DNA of 63,926 bases, filler included, from Octopus bimaculoides (GCF_001194135.2; 5 parts of 4 records of this genome joined end to end with filler, not necessarily neighbours in it), one strand, 5' to 3'; positions 38,342 to 51,807 are shown, counted from the first letter of the whole stretch. The notes: a model not told the origin generated them from the sequence alone. Numbers and translations are program-made.

Positions 38342-39543
38342 ATGGAACTACGCACACACACATACACATATATGTAAATGTATATATATTTGTTTCGTGA
38401 CGTTCTGTGCCCACATATATATATATATATATATACGTATAGACGTAACTATGTATATATACGTATGTATATATGCATCTATATATATTAATTATATCCT
38501 TGTTGCTTATTTTGATTTATATATATATATATATANNNNNNNNNNNNNNNNNNNNNNNNNNNNNNNNNNNNNNNNNNNNNNNNNNNNNNNNNNNNNNNNN
38601 NNNNNNNNNNNNNNNNNNNNNNNNNNNNNNNNNNNNNNNNNNNNNNNNNNNNNNNNNNNNNNNNNNNNNNNNNNNNNNNNNNNNNNNNNNNNNNNNNNNN
38701 NNNNNNNNNNNNNNNNNNNNNNNNNNNNNNNNNNNNNNNNNNNNNNNNNNNNNNNNNNNNNNNNNNNNNNNNNNNNNNNNNNNNNNNNNNNNNNNNNNNN
38801 NNNNNNNNNNNNNNNNNNNNNNNNNNNNNNNNNNNNNNNNNNNNNNNNNNNNNNNNNNNNNNNNNNNNNNNNNNNNNNNNNNNNNNNNNNNNNNNNNNNN
38901 NNNNNNNNNNNNNNNNNNNNNNNNNNNNNNNNNNNNNNNNNNNNNNNNNNNNNNNNNNNNNNNNNNNNNNNNNNNNNNNNNNNNNNNNNNNNNNNNNNNN
39001 NNNNNNNNNNNNNNNNNNNNNNNNNNNNNNNNNNNNNNNNNNNNNNNNNNNNNNNNNNNNNNNNNNNNNNNNNNNNNNNNNNNNNNNNNNNNNNNNNNNN
39101 NNNNNNNNNNNNNNNNNNNNNNNNNNNNNNNNNNNNNNNNNNNNNNNNNNNNNNNNNNNNNNNNNNNNNNNNNNNNNNNNNNNNNNNNNNNNNNNNNNNN
39201 NNNNNNNNNNNNNNNNNNTATATATATATATATATATATATGCATGCACGCACACACCCTCACACTTATACATGGAGAAAGATAGGTGAGTATATGAATT
39301 ACATATACATTTACATATAGTTATATAATTAATATATATAAATGCATATATACATACGTATATGTATATACTTACGTGTATACGAATATATATAAGCATA
39401 TGTGGGCACAATACGTCACGAAACGTGTACAACAAGTATATATATATATATTATATATATAAATATATATATATATATTATATATATAAATATATATATA
39501 TGTAAATATATATATTTATATATATATGTGTGCGTTAAACATA

Positions 39544-39609
<66 letters not shown>

Positions 39610-40790
39610 TGAGTTTATCTGTACACACACTCACACACTCAAACACTCTCGCGCGCAGACACACACATACACACACTCATATAGATATTTTTATTCATAT
39701 TGTTTGTGTATTTGTTTTCTTTATCCTGGAATGAGAGGGTAAAAAACCCTTTTTTTCACAATAAACTGAAATGGATCTGGATGAAAAATATTCATTGAGA
39801 AAATTATATAAATATATACATGATAAATCAATTTTAAGGATAGTTGAATATAATTACTGAAAAAAAAGATAAATGCTTTTAATGTTACTGTTTTGTTTTT
39901 TCGTGTTTTCCCTTGCTTTTATTGCAGGTGTTGTTGGTATTGTTGCAGGTATCGGTGGTGGAGATGCTGGAAGTGTTCTTATCCCTATTGATTTTTGTTA
40001 TAGTTTATTTGCTAAAAGTTCGACAGATGACGGACGCATTACCACTACTGCACAATCTATAAAACACATATGTTTACGCCAAATCCATTATATATATAAA
40101 AAAAACATTAAAAAGTTAAAGGTCTTGAAACTAAACACGGCAGTACGAACGGAACCCGCTCAAGAAGACTGAACTATCTATTTGTACGCTAAATGTCTCC
40201 ATTTTTCATGGAATTATTTAACTTCCGAATCATTGCGCCTTGTGTTCTTCAGCTAACATTCTTTGAATTGTCGTATCCTCATGTTTAATTCAGAAGACAC
40301 TTACTTCGCTTCAGACAACATTGAGAAAATTCTCTGGAGCGTGTGATAAATATATTATTTTCTCCGACCTCGCATCCTTATTTAAATTATACTTGAAATA
40401 CGTTCCTGAGGTTTTGGCGGAGGTGCTAATATTCTGTCTTTAGACATCTCGAAGACACGCAGCCTTAATTTGCTTCATCAATGGAATCAAATGTGAAATA
40501 CTACGCGCAAGTCGTGGAAGAGTAAAGTAGCATATCTTTTCTCACCCTCTTATATTAAAGTGCCAACTTTAAATTCCTGTGGTGTAGAAACTCTGTCAGT
40601 ATGTGGAAAGGGGTAGCAAAATAACAAACAGTTTCTTATCGTACGAACGTTTATGCTGAGACCTAACCAAAAGGAATTTTCAATGGATCGTCTTTCGAGC
40701 CAGTGAACCACTATATGATGTATCTTGATTTTAATTTGAATGACAGGCATCTTCTCCACGATGCAAACCTGGTTGGAATATCCTGAGAAG

Positions 40791-40945
40791 ATCTGAGTTC
40801 TGAGTTCAAATACCGCCGTGTTCGACTTTACCTTTCAAACTTTCGAGGTCGATAAATTAAGTACCAGTTGCGTGATGGGGTCGACCTAATGAACTGAATC
40901 CGTCCCCCAAAATATCGGGCTTTGCGCCGACAGCAGAAAATAATA
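40791..40945 (+). mobile_element. SINE family B, 5'-truncated
   Basis: GAGTTCAAATACCGCCG..TTCGAGGTCGATAAATTAAGTACCAGT. Confidence 0.8.
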
Positions 40946-41092
40946 AGGAATTTCAGTGTCTGTTCAGCCTATGCGTATATTCGTTACTAAGACCGAATAT
41001 TCGTAATTAATCTTGAAGGATCAATTGAAAAAGGCGCTTGGTGTACAGAAGCACACATATAGATTGTAGCAGACGAGAATTGTTTGTCACAG

Positions 41093-41173
41093 GCACCGGT
41101 AGCCCCATATCACGAATTGCAATTCATCAAAAGTTGGTTCGACAGCCCTGATGGACAACTGTCATCTGCTAAG
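41093..41173 (+). CDS. Candidate exon APVAPYHELQFIKSWFDSPDGQLSSAK
   Basis: Acceptor ttgtttgtcacag| and donor AAG|gtgtct; 81 nt, phase 0 to 0, open. Confidence 0.3.
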
Positions 41174-41527
41174 GTGTCTATGCGTGTGCTTTTATGCAAC
41201 TAGCGTCTATATGAGAAGATATTTGAGATGTAAAACTCAGTATCTAACACGACACCCGCGTTATGTTGGTCGTTATATATTTACACATAGACACCGGTCC
41301 TTAAATGTATATCAGGTACACACTATGAAGGACCCGTTTGCTGATGCCACCGTGTTTCGCAGAACGTAAAGCAACGGATATCGGTTTTCCACTGGAATTG
41401 TGGAACGAAATATAAACGCAAAGGTACGCACAGATATATTCAGACGGAATCATTTAGTCGGGAAGTGAAAGGATTGCATTACAAACACGCTAGCTCTCCT
41501 ATCAATGCACGAGTGTGTGTGTGTCTG

Positions 41528-41560
<33 letters not shown>

Positions 41561-43257
41561 NNNNNNNNNNNNNNNNNNNNNNNNNNNNNNNNNNNNNNNN
41601 NNNNTTAATTAATTAANNNNNNNNNNNNNNNNNNNNNNNNNNNNNNNNNNNNNNNNNNNNTATATATATATATATATATATATATTTACATATATATATA
41701 TATACATATATATATATACTTAGATATACGCCCGCAAATACTATGTGTGTGTATATACATATATATACGTATATATATGTATATACGCACACAAATACTA
41801 ATATGTGTATGTATAGATAGATAGATAAATAGATAGATAGATAGATCACTGAAATATACATACAGGCACGTGTGTTAAAGAAATCAGTATTTTAATTATT
41901 ATAATAATTCAATGCAGGAGAACCTTCAAAGCAACGCTGTTAGTATAGTGACTAGTTGCTTCTCTAATTATTTCTTAACATACTATTTCGGAATATGATA
42001 GTCATTCGTACTGATGAAGTACTTTCGTGAACGAAAATATAACGAAGATATTTAATTATGATATCGGGAAATCAAGTAGTAAGAAAGATAATATTACGCT
42101 GGAAGCTTTATTTTATATTTACATTGGTAATTTGTCTTCTCATACAAATTACTATATCATTGAATGTGTTTCATCTTTGAAGTGTCGTATTTTTGACTCA
42201 TATGTTTGTTTTTTTTTTGCGTTCTCCAACCATGGACATCACCTTACCATATAGGTATTGTTATAATTTGTATTGGCCAGACAGAATTTAGTATGAAAGC
42301 TCCAATCTATAGAACTATCAATTCAAAGTCGTTGTCGTTTTGCATTTCTTTTGAGCCTCCTTTTCTTCAGTAATATCCTTTTTGCTCTACAAAATACGTG
42401 GAACGAAGATTAGAAAATTCTTCTTTTGAATAATATCTATGGAAATATATAACCTATATCATAAAATTTGCCATCTCAGTATCAAAAAGTTTGCATAGCC
42501 TCTGTTCGACATTGAACATTTTTTAAACAGAGCGAAGATATTCTACATACGCGGGACAGCCAATTGTTGCATACGCATAGTACCAGACCCACCATACGCT
42601 AAGATAAAATTATATAGAAAATGTTTAAGTCGTTTATATCATGTGCTCTATACATGATTAAACAATTAGTTATGATTTTTTTTTCTTTCTATTCTTAAAT
42701 TAACACTAATAGTGTAGACAACATAAATTACATTGTCATGGGGTTGAAGATATTGATTTGCATTGAGATTTGTTACCGACTTAAATAATTCGTTTTGTCG
42801 CATTACCTTAATTGTTTAATAGAATATAGCATTAATTGATTCAAATGTGTATCTAATAAATAAGTTAAGCTCGCAAAACTTAATTCAGAATATATTAAAT
42901 GATAAACAAAAAATAATAATTCATTGTGGGAAGTAACATTATTGTTTACAGAATAACATTATTTTTATTAAATTAAGCAAACACAGGTGGTAACAGACAT
43001 TTTTTTTTTTCAGCAGCGTTGATCAAGACGTCTTTAAGTAAATAAAATTTTACAACGTTTGGGTGGTGAAAGTTAGAATGCTCACATGATCGACTTTCAA
43101 ATTAGATATTAACTAANNNNNNNNNNNNNNNNNNNNNNNNNNNNNNNNNNNNNNNNNNNNNNNNNNNNNNNNNNNNNNNNNNNNNNNNNNNNNNNNNNNN
43201 NNNNNNNNNNNNNNNNNNNNNNNNNNNNNNNNNNTATATACATGTATATGTACATAC

Positions 43258-43290
<33 letters not shown>

Positions 43291-43393
43291 CATATGTATA
43301 TTTATATATACATATATACATATATATAAATATATATGTGTGTGAGTGTGTATATATGCATATATGTATATATAAATATATTTATACAGTTTT

Positions 43394-43930
43394 CAGCTCC
43401 TGTTGAAACATCGGTAGTTGGGGAGGTATTGGAAGTAAAGTGTCACTGCGAAAAGATCTGCAAGAATGAGGAAGGGCTCAAGATACACTAAGCGAGGTCC
43501 GTCTGTGGAAAAGATGGGGCACAGATGCAGCGCACAGTGGTACAACCTTGTGAGATGCAGGAGAAATCCAGACAGGAAGGACCCCACAGAACTGGAAGTC
43601 TCTCAGTATATGTGTCACCGCAAGTCTTCAGGAGGGGCAAACCACCAGCAAGGGAACGAATCAAATGGTCCAAGATACAAAGAAATGGCAACAACTGGAG
43701 GATGATGACAGCAATTGCAATGATAGGGCGGCTGTATGCAGGATGGGAGAGGCAGCTGAAAGAGCCTTCTGTTGGCTTGGAATAAGAGAGATGAGCTATG
43801 CTGGAAGCCAGCAGGAGATGATGAGCAGTGACTTGGCCACCTCTGTTGACACACCAACTGGAGGGTGTTACGGTTCCTCCAGTCCAAGGGTCCAATCACT
43901 TAGGTGAATAGATACAGCACCTCCTTGTAG
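43394..43930 (+). mobile_element. HERO-like (R2 superfamily) non-LTR element reduced to its N-terminal Zn finger plus C-terminal tip
   Basis: CHCEKICKNEEGLKIH zinc finger and ERIKWSK..KKWQQLEDD, joined directly to RAAVCRMGEAAERAFCWL. The latter resembles, from memory, the HERO C-terminal AAERASRWLW. Confidence 0.55.
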
Positions 43931-43962
43931 GTGTTATATATGTATACATATATATGTGTATC

Positions 43963-44099
<137 letters not shown>

Positions 44100-44581
44100 A
44101 TGTGTGTGTGTGCGTGTCCATTTAAAGCAAAAACATTATATAATTTGTATTAATTTTTTCTGACCTGGTTTTTCACGGTCGCTAATAGATAAATTCTTTT
44201 ATAAATTTTATCCATATAGAGTATTGAAAATTAAACCGGATTATATGAGGTGCTGAATTCTTCCGTCTATACACGTGTACCGAGATGTAATTTGCATGAT
44301 GGCATGATGGTGGCTAAACGGTGATTGATTTTAAAGAGAGGTACATATTTTAGGAAGAGGAATTGTGGGTGTTTAGATAGAGAGTAGTAGGAGGATTGAG
44401 GAAATAAATTTCAGGATCCTACTTATCTTATTTGTGATATCGTTTTTTTATTATATATAAGTTGTACTATGTACCTTAATATCCCTACGCATTTACATTT
44501 TTATCTTTGATTGAATTTGTCTTTATGTATAAAGAGACGTACCTAGCTTGTTTGTCGTTGCTTTACTTCTAAATTATGAAG

Positions 44582-44690
44582 GTCGGCTCGAGGATATAGT
44601 TTAAACTACATGCCCAAAGTTCCATGCAGTGGGACTGAACCCGGAACCATGTGGTTGGGCAGAAAGCTTCTCATCATACAGCCACTTCTG
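44582..44690 (-). mobile_element. SINE family A 5' fragment
   Basis: GCAGTGGGACTGAACCCGGAACCATGTGGTTGG, as in 57118-57364. Confidence 0.8.
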
Positions 44691-45289
44691 TACATATACA
44701 CAAATTATATGTATATGTATTACATAAATGTAGAATATATNNNNNNNNNNNNNNNNNNNNNNNNNNNNNNNNNNNNNNNNNNNNNNNNNNNNNNNAATCA
44801 TACATATGTATAATGACAATAATAATTTTGCCCTATATTAATGAGTAGTATACACATTAGCAAATCGCTAATTCATCCATAGGTTTCTATGGTGTAAAGA
44901 AATATACTGGCAGTATTTTTTGCTTGGAATCAGCCGAATCCAGCGACCCCGACTGAAGAGGCTACAGCGAAAAACCGAAATTGACCAAGCTGTATGAGGA
45001 TATCTCGACCGCTGCTTCCGGGCTATTACGGTCCATGTTAATATGTTTGAATATGATTATGTTTTAGCTCACATTTCTAGCAATGTAAGTGTTTTTAACA
45101 CCCTGAGTCATATTTAATGACAATTGACGTTTTCCCTTTTGGTAAATCATTGCACACTGCTGACTGTATTAATTATTTTTATACATATTAAGGATTCGCT
45201 AAATCACCCATAGATTTATCTGATGTAAACATTTATACCGGCAGTGATTTTCGTCCGTAATCAGCCAACTCGAGACGACCCCACTGAAG

Positions 45290-46745
45290 AGGCTGCATCT
45301 AATACAGTATATGAGGCTAGAAAAGATGCAAGAGAAGGAATTTGTTGTTAAGAGTTTGCTGATTACAACCAGTGAGAGAAGGGGCAGGTGTTGCAGCGGG
45401 AACTGGAACACGGGAAGGATCATGGTGGTGCTGGGTGTGAAGAGGTGAAGGTGCTACGGACCAGAAGATCGCATAGCTTCTTGGCGTATTTAAAGGATGA
45501 CAAGGGTGGGTTTGGGAAAATGGGGCACGTGGTGGGATCGAGCTGGAGATGACAGAAGGCCCGTAGTATCCTCCGACGAAGGGATTAGAGTGGAGAGATT
45601 GAAAAGGAGGGGAAATGGGGGGCGGTTAAAGGGTTGGTGAGGGAAGGAGAAAGCGGGGTGGCGCGAGGGATGTAGCAACTATACAGTCGTCCATGTCACG
45701 ACAGTATAGCTCTGGCTCGAGCCGGAGAATTGGGAGTATGCTTCGGTTTCAATGTGGCGAAAAAGAGGTTGGCGAAATCGGGGCCCATTCTCGTTCCCAT
45801 CGCGAGCCCAGCCCAGTGTTGGTAGGTTTCCCCTGCGAAAGTAAAGAAGTTAAGGGTGAGGACGAGCTTTTTCAGGGGAAGAAGGGTGGAGGTGCTGGGT
45901 GTGGGGTTAGGGCGACGGTCGAGGAAATATTGCAGGGCTAAGAGACCGTCGTTCTGGGGAATATTCGTGTATAGGGATTTGATGTCCAACGTGAAGAGGA
46001 GGTGTGAGGGGCCGGGAGGGAAGGAAAAGTAATTGAAGAGGTGATTAGTGTCGTGTATGTGGGATGGGAGAGCAGCAACTAAACAGGACAGGATGCGGTC
46101 AAGGATTTGAAATGAGTTCGGTGGGGGAATTACAGGCAGAAACGATAGGACGGCCAGGATTGTCGGGTTTATGTATTTTGGGAAGGAAATAGATGGTGGA
46201 GGTACGGGATGTTCGGACGATGAGGTTGGTGGTGGTGGGAGGGGAGCAGAAGAGGAAATGAGGTCATGGATGGTGGAGGTCACTCGCTGTTGGTCGAAGG
46301 AGGCGGAGTCGGAGGAGAGGAGGCGATAGAAGAGGAGATTTTAAAGTTGGCTGAGCGCTTCCTCTCTGTATAGGTCCGCGCGCCACACCACCACTGCTGC
46401 AACTTTGCCCGTTTGATGACTATGTCACCGTGGCGACAGAGGTCGGGAGGGGCAATCGATTAAGCACGGGTGAGGTTGGCTCGGACGGATCCTTTTTAGA
46501 AATAGAATCGGTTGACCAACACTTTGCAGTCGTGCACGAACAACTATAGGCTACTGAATTGGCCTGAAGGCGGCTTCGATTTGGATGGGTGACGCCCCAA
46601 CTCCGAAAAGCAATCACGATTGCTGTGACGTTGTGTAGACGTGCTGGAAAACGCGCATAGTTTGATGCGACGCAGTAACTGTCTGACTTCAGTGCGGGTT
46701 TCAAATTCGTCGCAGTGGTGCGTGAGAGGCGTGAAGCGGAGTCCG
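45290..46745 (-). mobile_element. Penelope-like element: N-terminus, RT and start of GIY-YIG, decayed and truncated
   Basis: LFTLDIKSLYTNIP, LVLTLNFFTF, AMGTRMGPDFANLF, decayed YIDD (CRDMDD), DLLVRS linker, FSCIFSSLIYCIRC (start of GIY-YIG). Confidence 0.9.
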
Positions 46746-47225
46746 CTATATATATATAAGGGCATTACTATAGATGAATGCTAAAACTCGATGGAAACTG
46801 TGTAAAAAAAATTTTAACTTTTCATTTTGATCATTAGATTTAGAAATAGAGATTTCATATAACGGTATTTCCTGACTAATAATGTTTACTTAATGCAAAC
46901 AAATCGTATATTCAATTGTAATTCTTAGTGCAGCATTTAATAAAAATATATAAAAAGACTTGGCATTTTATGAAGTTTGAAAAGCAACTAATAATCTAAA
47001 GGTGATTAGAATAAACTTAAGATTCTCCAAATGATTAAGACATAACATCGACCGATCGAGAAAGGTTTTTCTAACGTAGTCTTTCTTTAACCTTAAATAA
47101 TGTATTATAAACGCAGAAGCACGCATTTGTATAAATATGAATTCATGCACAGACATACTCACTGACACTCACACATCTATCTATCTATCTATCTACCTAT
47201 CTATCTATCTATCTCTCTAATATAT

Positions 47226-47279
<54 letters not shown>

Positions 47280-47401
47280 ATATATGTGTAGTATATTGTT
47301 CCGTAATGTTAAGACTAACCAAAAAATTACTCCATCTAATAAGAGAGAGGTATTATTTAGCAAACACAATATATGTTTTTATGTGCTACTATTAGTTTTA
47401 G

Positions 47402-47474
47402 TTTCATGCGCTGAGAGAAAGACGGACCTTTGGACACAAGCGGTCACGTCTGTCTGGGCATTTCGCACTGGCAA
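47402..47474 (+). CDS. Candidate exon SCAERKTDLWTQAVTSVWAFRTG
   Basis: Acceptor ttagttttag| and donor CAA|gtaggt; GC-richer island; two frames are open. Confidence 0.22.
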
Positions 47475-47977
47475 GTAGGTGTTTCTCCTTTTCGTTTTTG
47501 CATTACTTGCTTGCATCAGTTTAATAGCTGCGAATGGCCTTGTTCTGTTTCATGTGGTGTATATGTATAATTAATCTTTATGTGATGTATAGATGAAAGG
47601 CACTTTTGTGTTTTATATGTAGAATTATTCCTTTTCTTTTATAAATGTATAATTATTCTCTCTCTGTTGTATTTGTAGTGTCATTATATATTTTTTCTAT
47701 ATGTAAACTTATTATATCTCTTCGCGTGTCTTCCTTGTATTTGTCCTTTTATACATTCGGTAGCTATTCCCCGAGGTTACTTTCTCTGGCGCTGCAAACG
47801 ACAGAGTGATATCAATGTTAAAAGCGCGAAAACAGTAGGGTGTCTTGGACATTGACTAATGAGGAATCAGTTGCAAATTTCCATATAATATGTTTTTTGT
47901 ATATTTCTACGTTTGATTTTGTTTAATTTTGCATCAAATGTTTCTATTCAACCCTTGAAATATGATATCTATCTATC

Positions 47978-48012
<35 letters not shown>

Positions 48013-48121
48013 GTGTGTGTATATATATAGGGAGAATTCACCCAAAAAAAGCAACAGAAGAAGACAGGTGGTGTAGGAAACAAACAGATGTATTACTATG
48101 ACGTGCGGGGATTGAACAATT

Positions 48122-48157
48122 CTTTGCCGTTTCGAGCCTACGCTCTTCCACAGAAAG
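48122..48157 (-). ncRNA. Minimal hammerhead-like relic (Penelope pLTR type), mutated
   Basis: CTTT CTGTGGA A GAGC-GTAG-GCTC GAAA CG GC AAAG: stems I and II are perfect, but the core has A6 changed to T and U16.1 changed to G. Confidence 0.5.
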
Positions 48158-50604
48158 GAACACAGAAAGAAACAAGGAGAGAAAAATGTGTGTAGTGGTT
48201 AGCGATCTATGAAATATTTTATACATTGATATACATAATATTGTGAAGGATGTATTGACTCATAAGATTTCGATGTTGAGTGATATTGCTTCTCAATTTC
48301 GAGATACATTTTGCAGTATTATAATAAGAATAAATATTGGAAAGAAGAAACTATACACAACATACATCATAATGAATACAGAATGTAAATGAAAATGACA
48401 ACATTAGATGTTATACTGAATAAATTTGTTTCACCTTGATTACAGGTAATTATTGTTATGTATTATACTACGATATACAAGTATATGTACACAATGTATA
48501 TTTGTCTGTGTGTGCGTTTGTATGTTTGTGTGTGTGAGCACGTGTGATTTTTTTTAATACATACTTCTGCAAAACGCTAAAATTTTCCCTTTCTATGATA
48601 TTTGTAGCTGGATATTCATATTTTCGTATTTTTGTACCGGATAGTTCTTAATCATTATCCATCCTTTTTTATTGACCATTGAATCACTTTCAAATATTGA
48701 GGCTTTTTACGCAAGACAGATATTTTAATCTTCAAAACTGCAGCCGTTTTCTTGAACATAATTATTCGAAATACTTTTTATGGTCTCTACATGTTTCAGA
48801 TTAGGAGCAATGGCACGCAGTTTACTGAGTGTACAGCTTGTTCGATTATACTGAGATGTAGAATAATCATTTATGCTGGTGTTTGGGACGAGCTTTTACA
48901 ACAAAATATTTCATTTTCGAATTATTTGTCAATAAATTTCACTTCAAGTAGTTTAAGCATATAAAGTTCATATTATTTCAGCGTATTCCGTTTGGAAATC
49001 TTAACATTAAAACATCGTATATATTTAGTGTACATCTTCCATGCAAAATGATAAAGGATATTTTCTATACTCGGTAATAAATCTATTCGAAATGAAAACG
49101 ATAATCAGTATCCTGATTCATAAGTAAAGCAGGTAATAAAATAGTCCGGAATGGTTATCCTCCAAATAGTTTCGAAATCTTAAATATCATTCTTCATTGA
49201 CATTTTGATTTAAGTAGTGAGCTCGAAGAATCGTAAACGTATCGGAAACTTGTGTTTCCCTTAAATTACATCCTGAATTCATTCAATTCCTACGAATTCA
49301 AGAAAACCATTCATCCATTTCAGTTCGTTAAAAGAAAATGCTAATCATATATTGCGGTGGAAATCATCGATTCATACACTGACCTTGAATTTCTTTTAGA
49401 GGTATAATTACAGGAAATACTCATGGCTGCATGTGTTTTCATGAATATAGTAAATGCACGAGTATGAGTGTGATGGGAACATATTTGTTTTGGAATTATT
49501 GTTCCTCTGGGTTTTAAAGGAGATTGATGCATTTTCTCCTACTACAACTAGTACAACCTCATGCCGGCCGTGCGCATTATATATATACATAAGTATGTTT
49601 ACAAAGACAACTACGAACTAATATAGTTCTAACATTTGACAGAAACAGGGAGGCTAGTTCGCTGGTGTACTGATAATACTTTTAGTCGAGTTAACAAAGG
49701 GATGTGGTTTCGAGTCCCATGCGGATGAGAAAGCTTATTTATATTATATTCATACATTGAAGTGGTGAGGTAAGAAATCTATAGGATAAAATGGAAATGA
49801 TACAGTATACCACTGGTTAAAGAAAGCATACGATCTCTGTGTCTGCTAATGCAAATCCGATCGAAGCGATACATTATTAAATGTAATACGACCGCAATCA
49901 TACCGAAGAACTTTGGATCTTATTTCTAGCAAGCAGAGCATCGGAAGAGTATCTTGCTACCTAATTCTTTTATTGAGTAAATTATTATGACACTACTCAA
50001 AAACTTGATTTCAAATTTAGGTAAATTTCCTTCAGCACTGTTTTTGTTGCACTAACGTGAGTGAAAATATTGTCAGAGGTTTTAGCGAATAGGTCATATA
50101 AAATCTATCAATGTCAGGATTACTCGTTTAGCCAATTTCGAAGCGTTAAGTAAATTAGTAATATCATTGTAGATGTTTTAAGAATTGAATTTCTTAAATA
50201 AGAAATGACTGTTGCTTTTATTCGTTCATGCAAATAAAATCTCTGTGATGTCAACAATCGTTGATAGTAAGAAAATTAATTATAATAGACTACAACAATA
50301 TGCTGTCGAACAACAAACTGAAAGAATGAAAAATACAATAAAAATTCATGTTTTATACGTAAATATATATTTCTTTAGTTTGTGTATTAAATGAAACTAA
50401 CACAATTATATTATAAGCAATTTGTAATTTGTTTCCGTGAATTAATAACAATAAACAGAAAACAATATTACTAAAAACGGACATAACATGTTATAGAAAT
50501 TATTAGAAAAGCTACGACATGGCTCGTAATATCTAAACTATAACTGGATTAAGCAATAGTTACAGCGATATTTATGCGGAGACATAGACGATATATTTGT
50601 TAAT

Positions 50605-50606
50605 GG

Positions 50607-50654
<48 letters not shown>

Positions 50655-50700
50655 CAGCGACGACGACGATCATGATCATGTTCATGACGACGACAACGAA
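50605..50700. repeat. (GAT)n/(GAC)n microsatellite
   Basis: Directly visible. Confidence 0.95.
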
Positions 50701-51214
50701 GACTACAACAAAAACCTACGACAACGATCGCGTCGATAGACTGTAGAAAGAAAAGGTGTCTCAGGTGGAGATGAACAAAATTAATTGCAATAGTGAGGAA
50801 GAAAATTAGCCAGAAGAAAGTAGGCTATTAATAACTACATTGAAGGAAAAAGGTCGAGCACCTTTTACTTCTTGACACGAATTATATATGTTGGACAGTG
50901 AAATGAAATTATGATTACTGATTTCGGTGTAGATATATATATTATTTATATGCGCGTGTTGAAACATATGTGTCAGTATGTGAAATTCTGTGTTCATGAG
51001 TGTTCCTTTGCATTTATTATTGTGGGAAGGCCGAGGCGCATCAAGCTTTTTTTTCAATATAAATGCATTCATGCTAGTTTGGAGTGTGCATATTACAACA
51101 CCGAAACATTTCAAGCCGTGGAGAGTAACCACTGAGGTGGATAGTATTGTCGTAATTGATGCGCTGAAATTTTGTGCATTACTTCATTCCGTATGTGGTT
51201 TGGAAGCAGCGTGG

Positions 51215-51805
51215 ATGAACGCACAAATTAAGCTAATTCGGCAACATAAGCATTATCAGTTCAAACTGGGCAATAACGCTGCAGAAGCAGTGAAAAATAC
51301 TTGAAGTGCGGAAGGTTAAGTCGCAGTTGATCACAGTACACTAACTGTATGGTTCAACAAATTTAGCTCTGATTGCAAGAATGTCTACTATCAGCAAGGG
51401 GGAAAATTTCACTACGAGTTCGTTCTGGAGGTGGACCCAACGCTGACAACCAATACTCGGAACAGCTGGACCGTGCTTATGCCACTATGCTGCGAAATGC
51501 TCAACATTGGTTACCAGAAAGTGATCTCTTCTTCAGCAAGAACTTATACCCGCGAACGACCCATAATAAACTCCAGGAACTTCAAGGAATCGAACTGATA
51601 CAACGCTCAGTAAGTTGTCCGGACTAAGCATCTTCTAATTATTAATTGTTCCAATTCATGGTTTACTTCACGCTCTCGCGACGCTTCAGCAATCAAGAGG
51701 ACCTGGAAGTATATGTGAGGCACTTCGCCGAGGAGAACAACTGTATGAAAGAAATAGTAATGGCATGGCTTCAAACGGTGCAACACGATGGATTCTACAC
51801 TTGAA
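51215..51805 (+). mobile_element. Mariner transposase remnant, internally deleted
   Basis: QFKLGNNAAEAVKN..AVDHSTLTVWFNKF (HTH), then YSEQLDR and SCPD*ASSNY (decayed YSPDLAPSDY). Confidence 0.8.
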
Positions 51806-51807
51806 TT

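Noticed and set aside
39873-40172. 99-aa hydrophobic ORF (MLLMLLF..GVVGIVAGIGGG)
   Set aside because: Derived from T-rich and (GTT/GGT)-like low-complexity sequence, with no recognisable domain.
42005-42046. TTCGT-A-CTGATGA..GAAA..ACGAA hammerhead-like arrangement
   Set aside because: Stems I and II can be drawn, but helix III and the NUH site cannot form properly; probably chance in AT-rich DNA.
44953-44990. CTGAAGAGGCTACAGCGAAA
   Set aside because: No stem I partner and no cleavage triplet.
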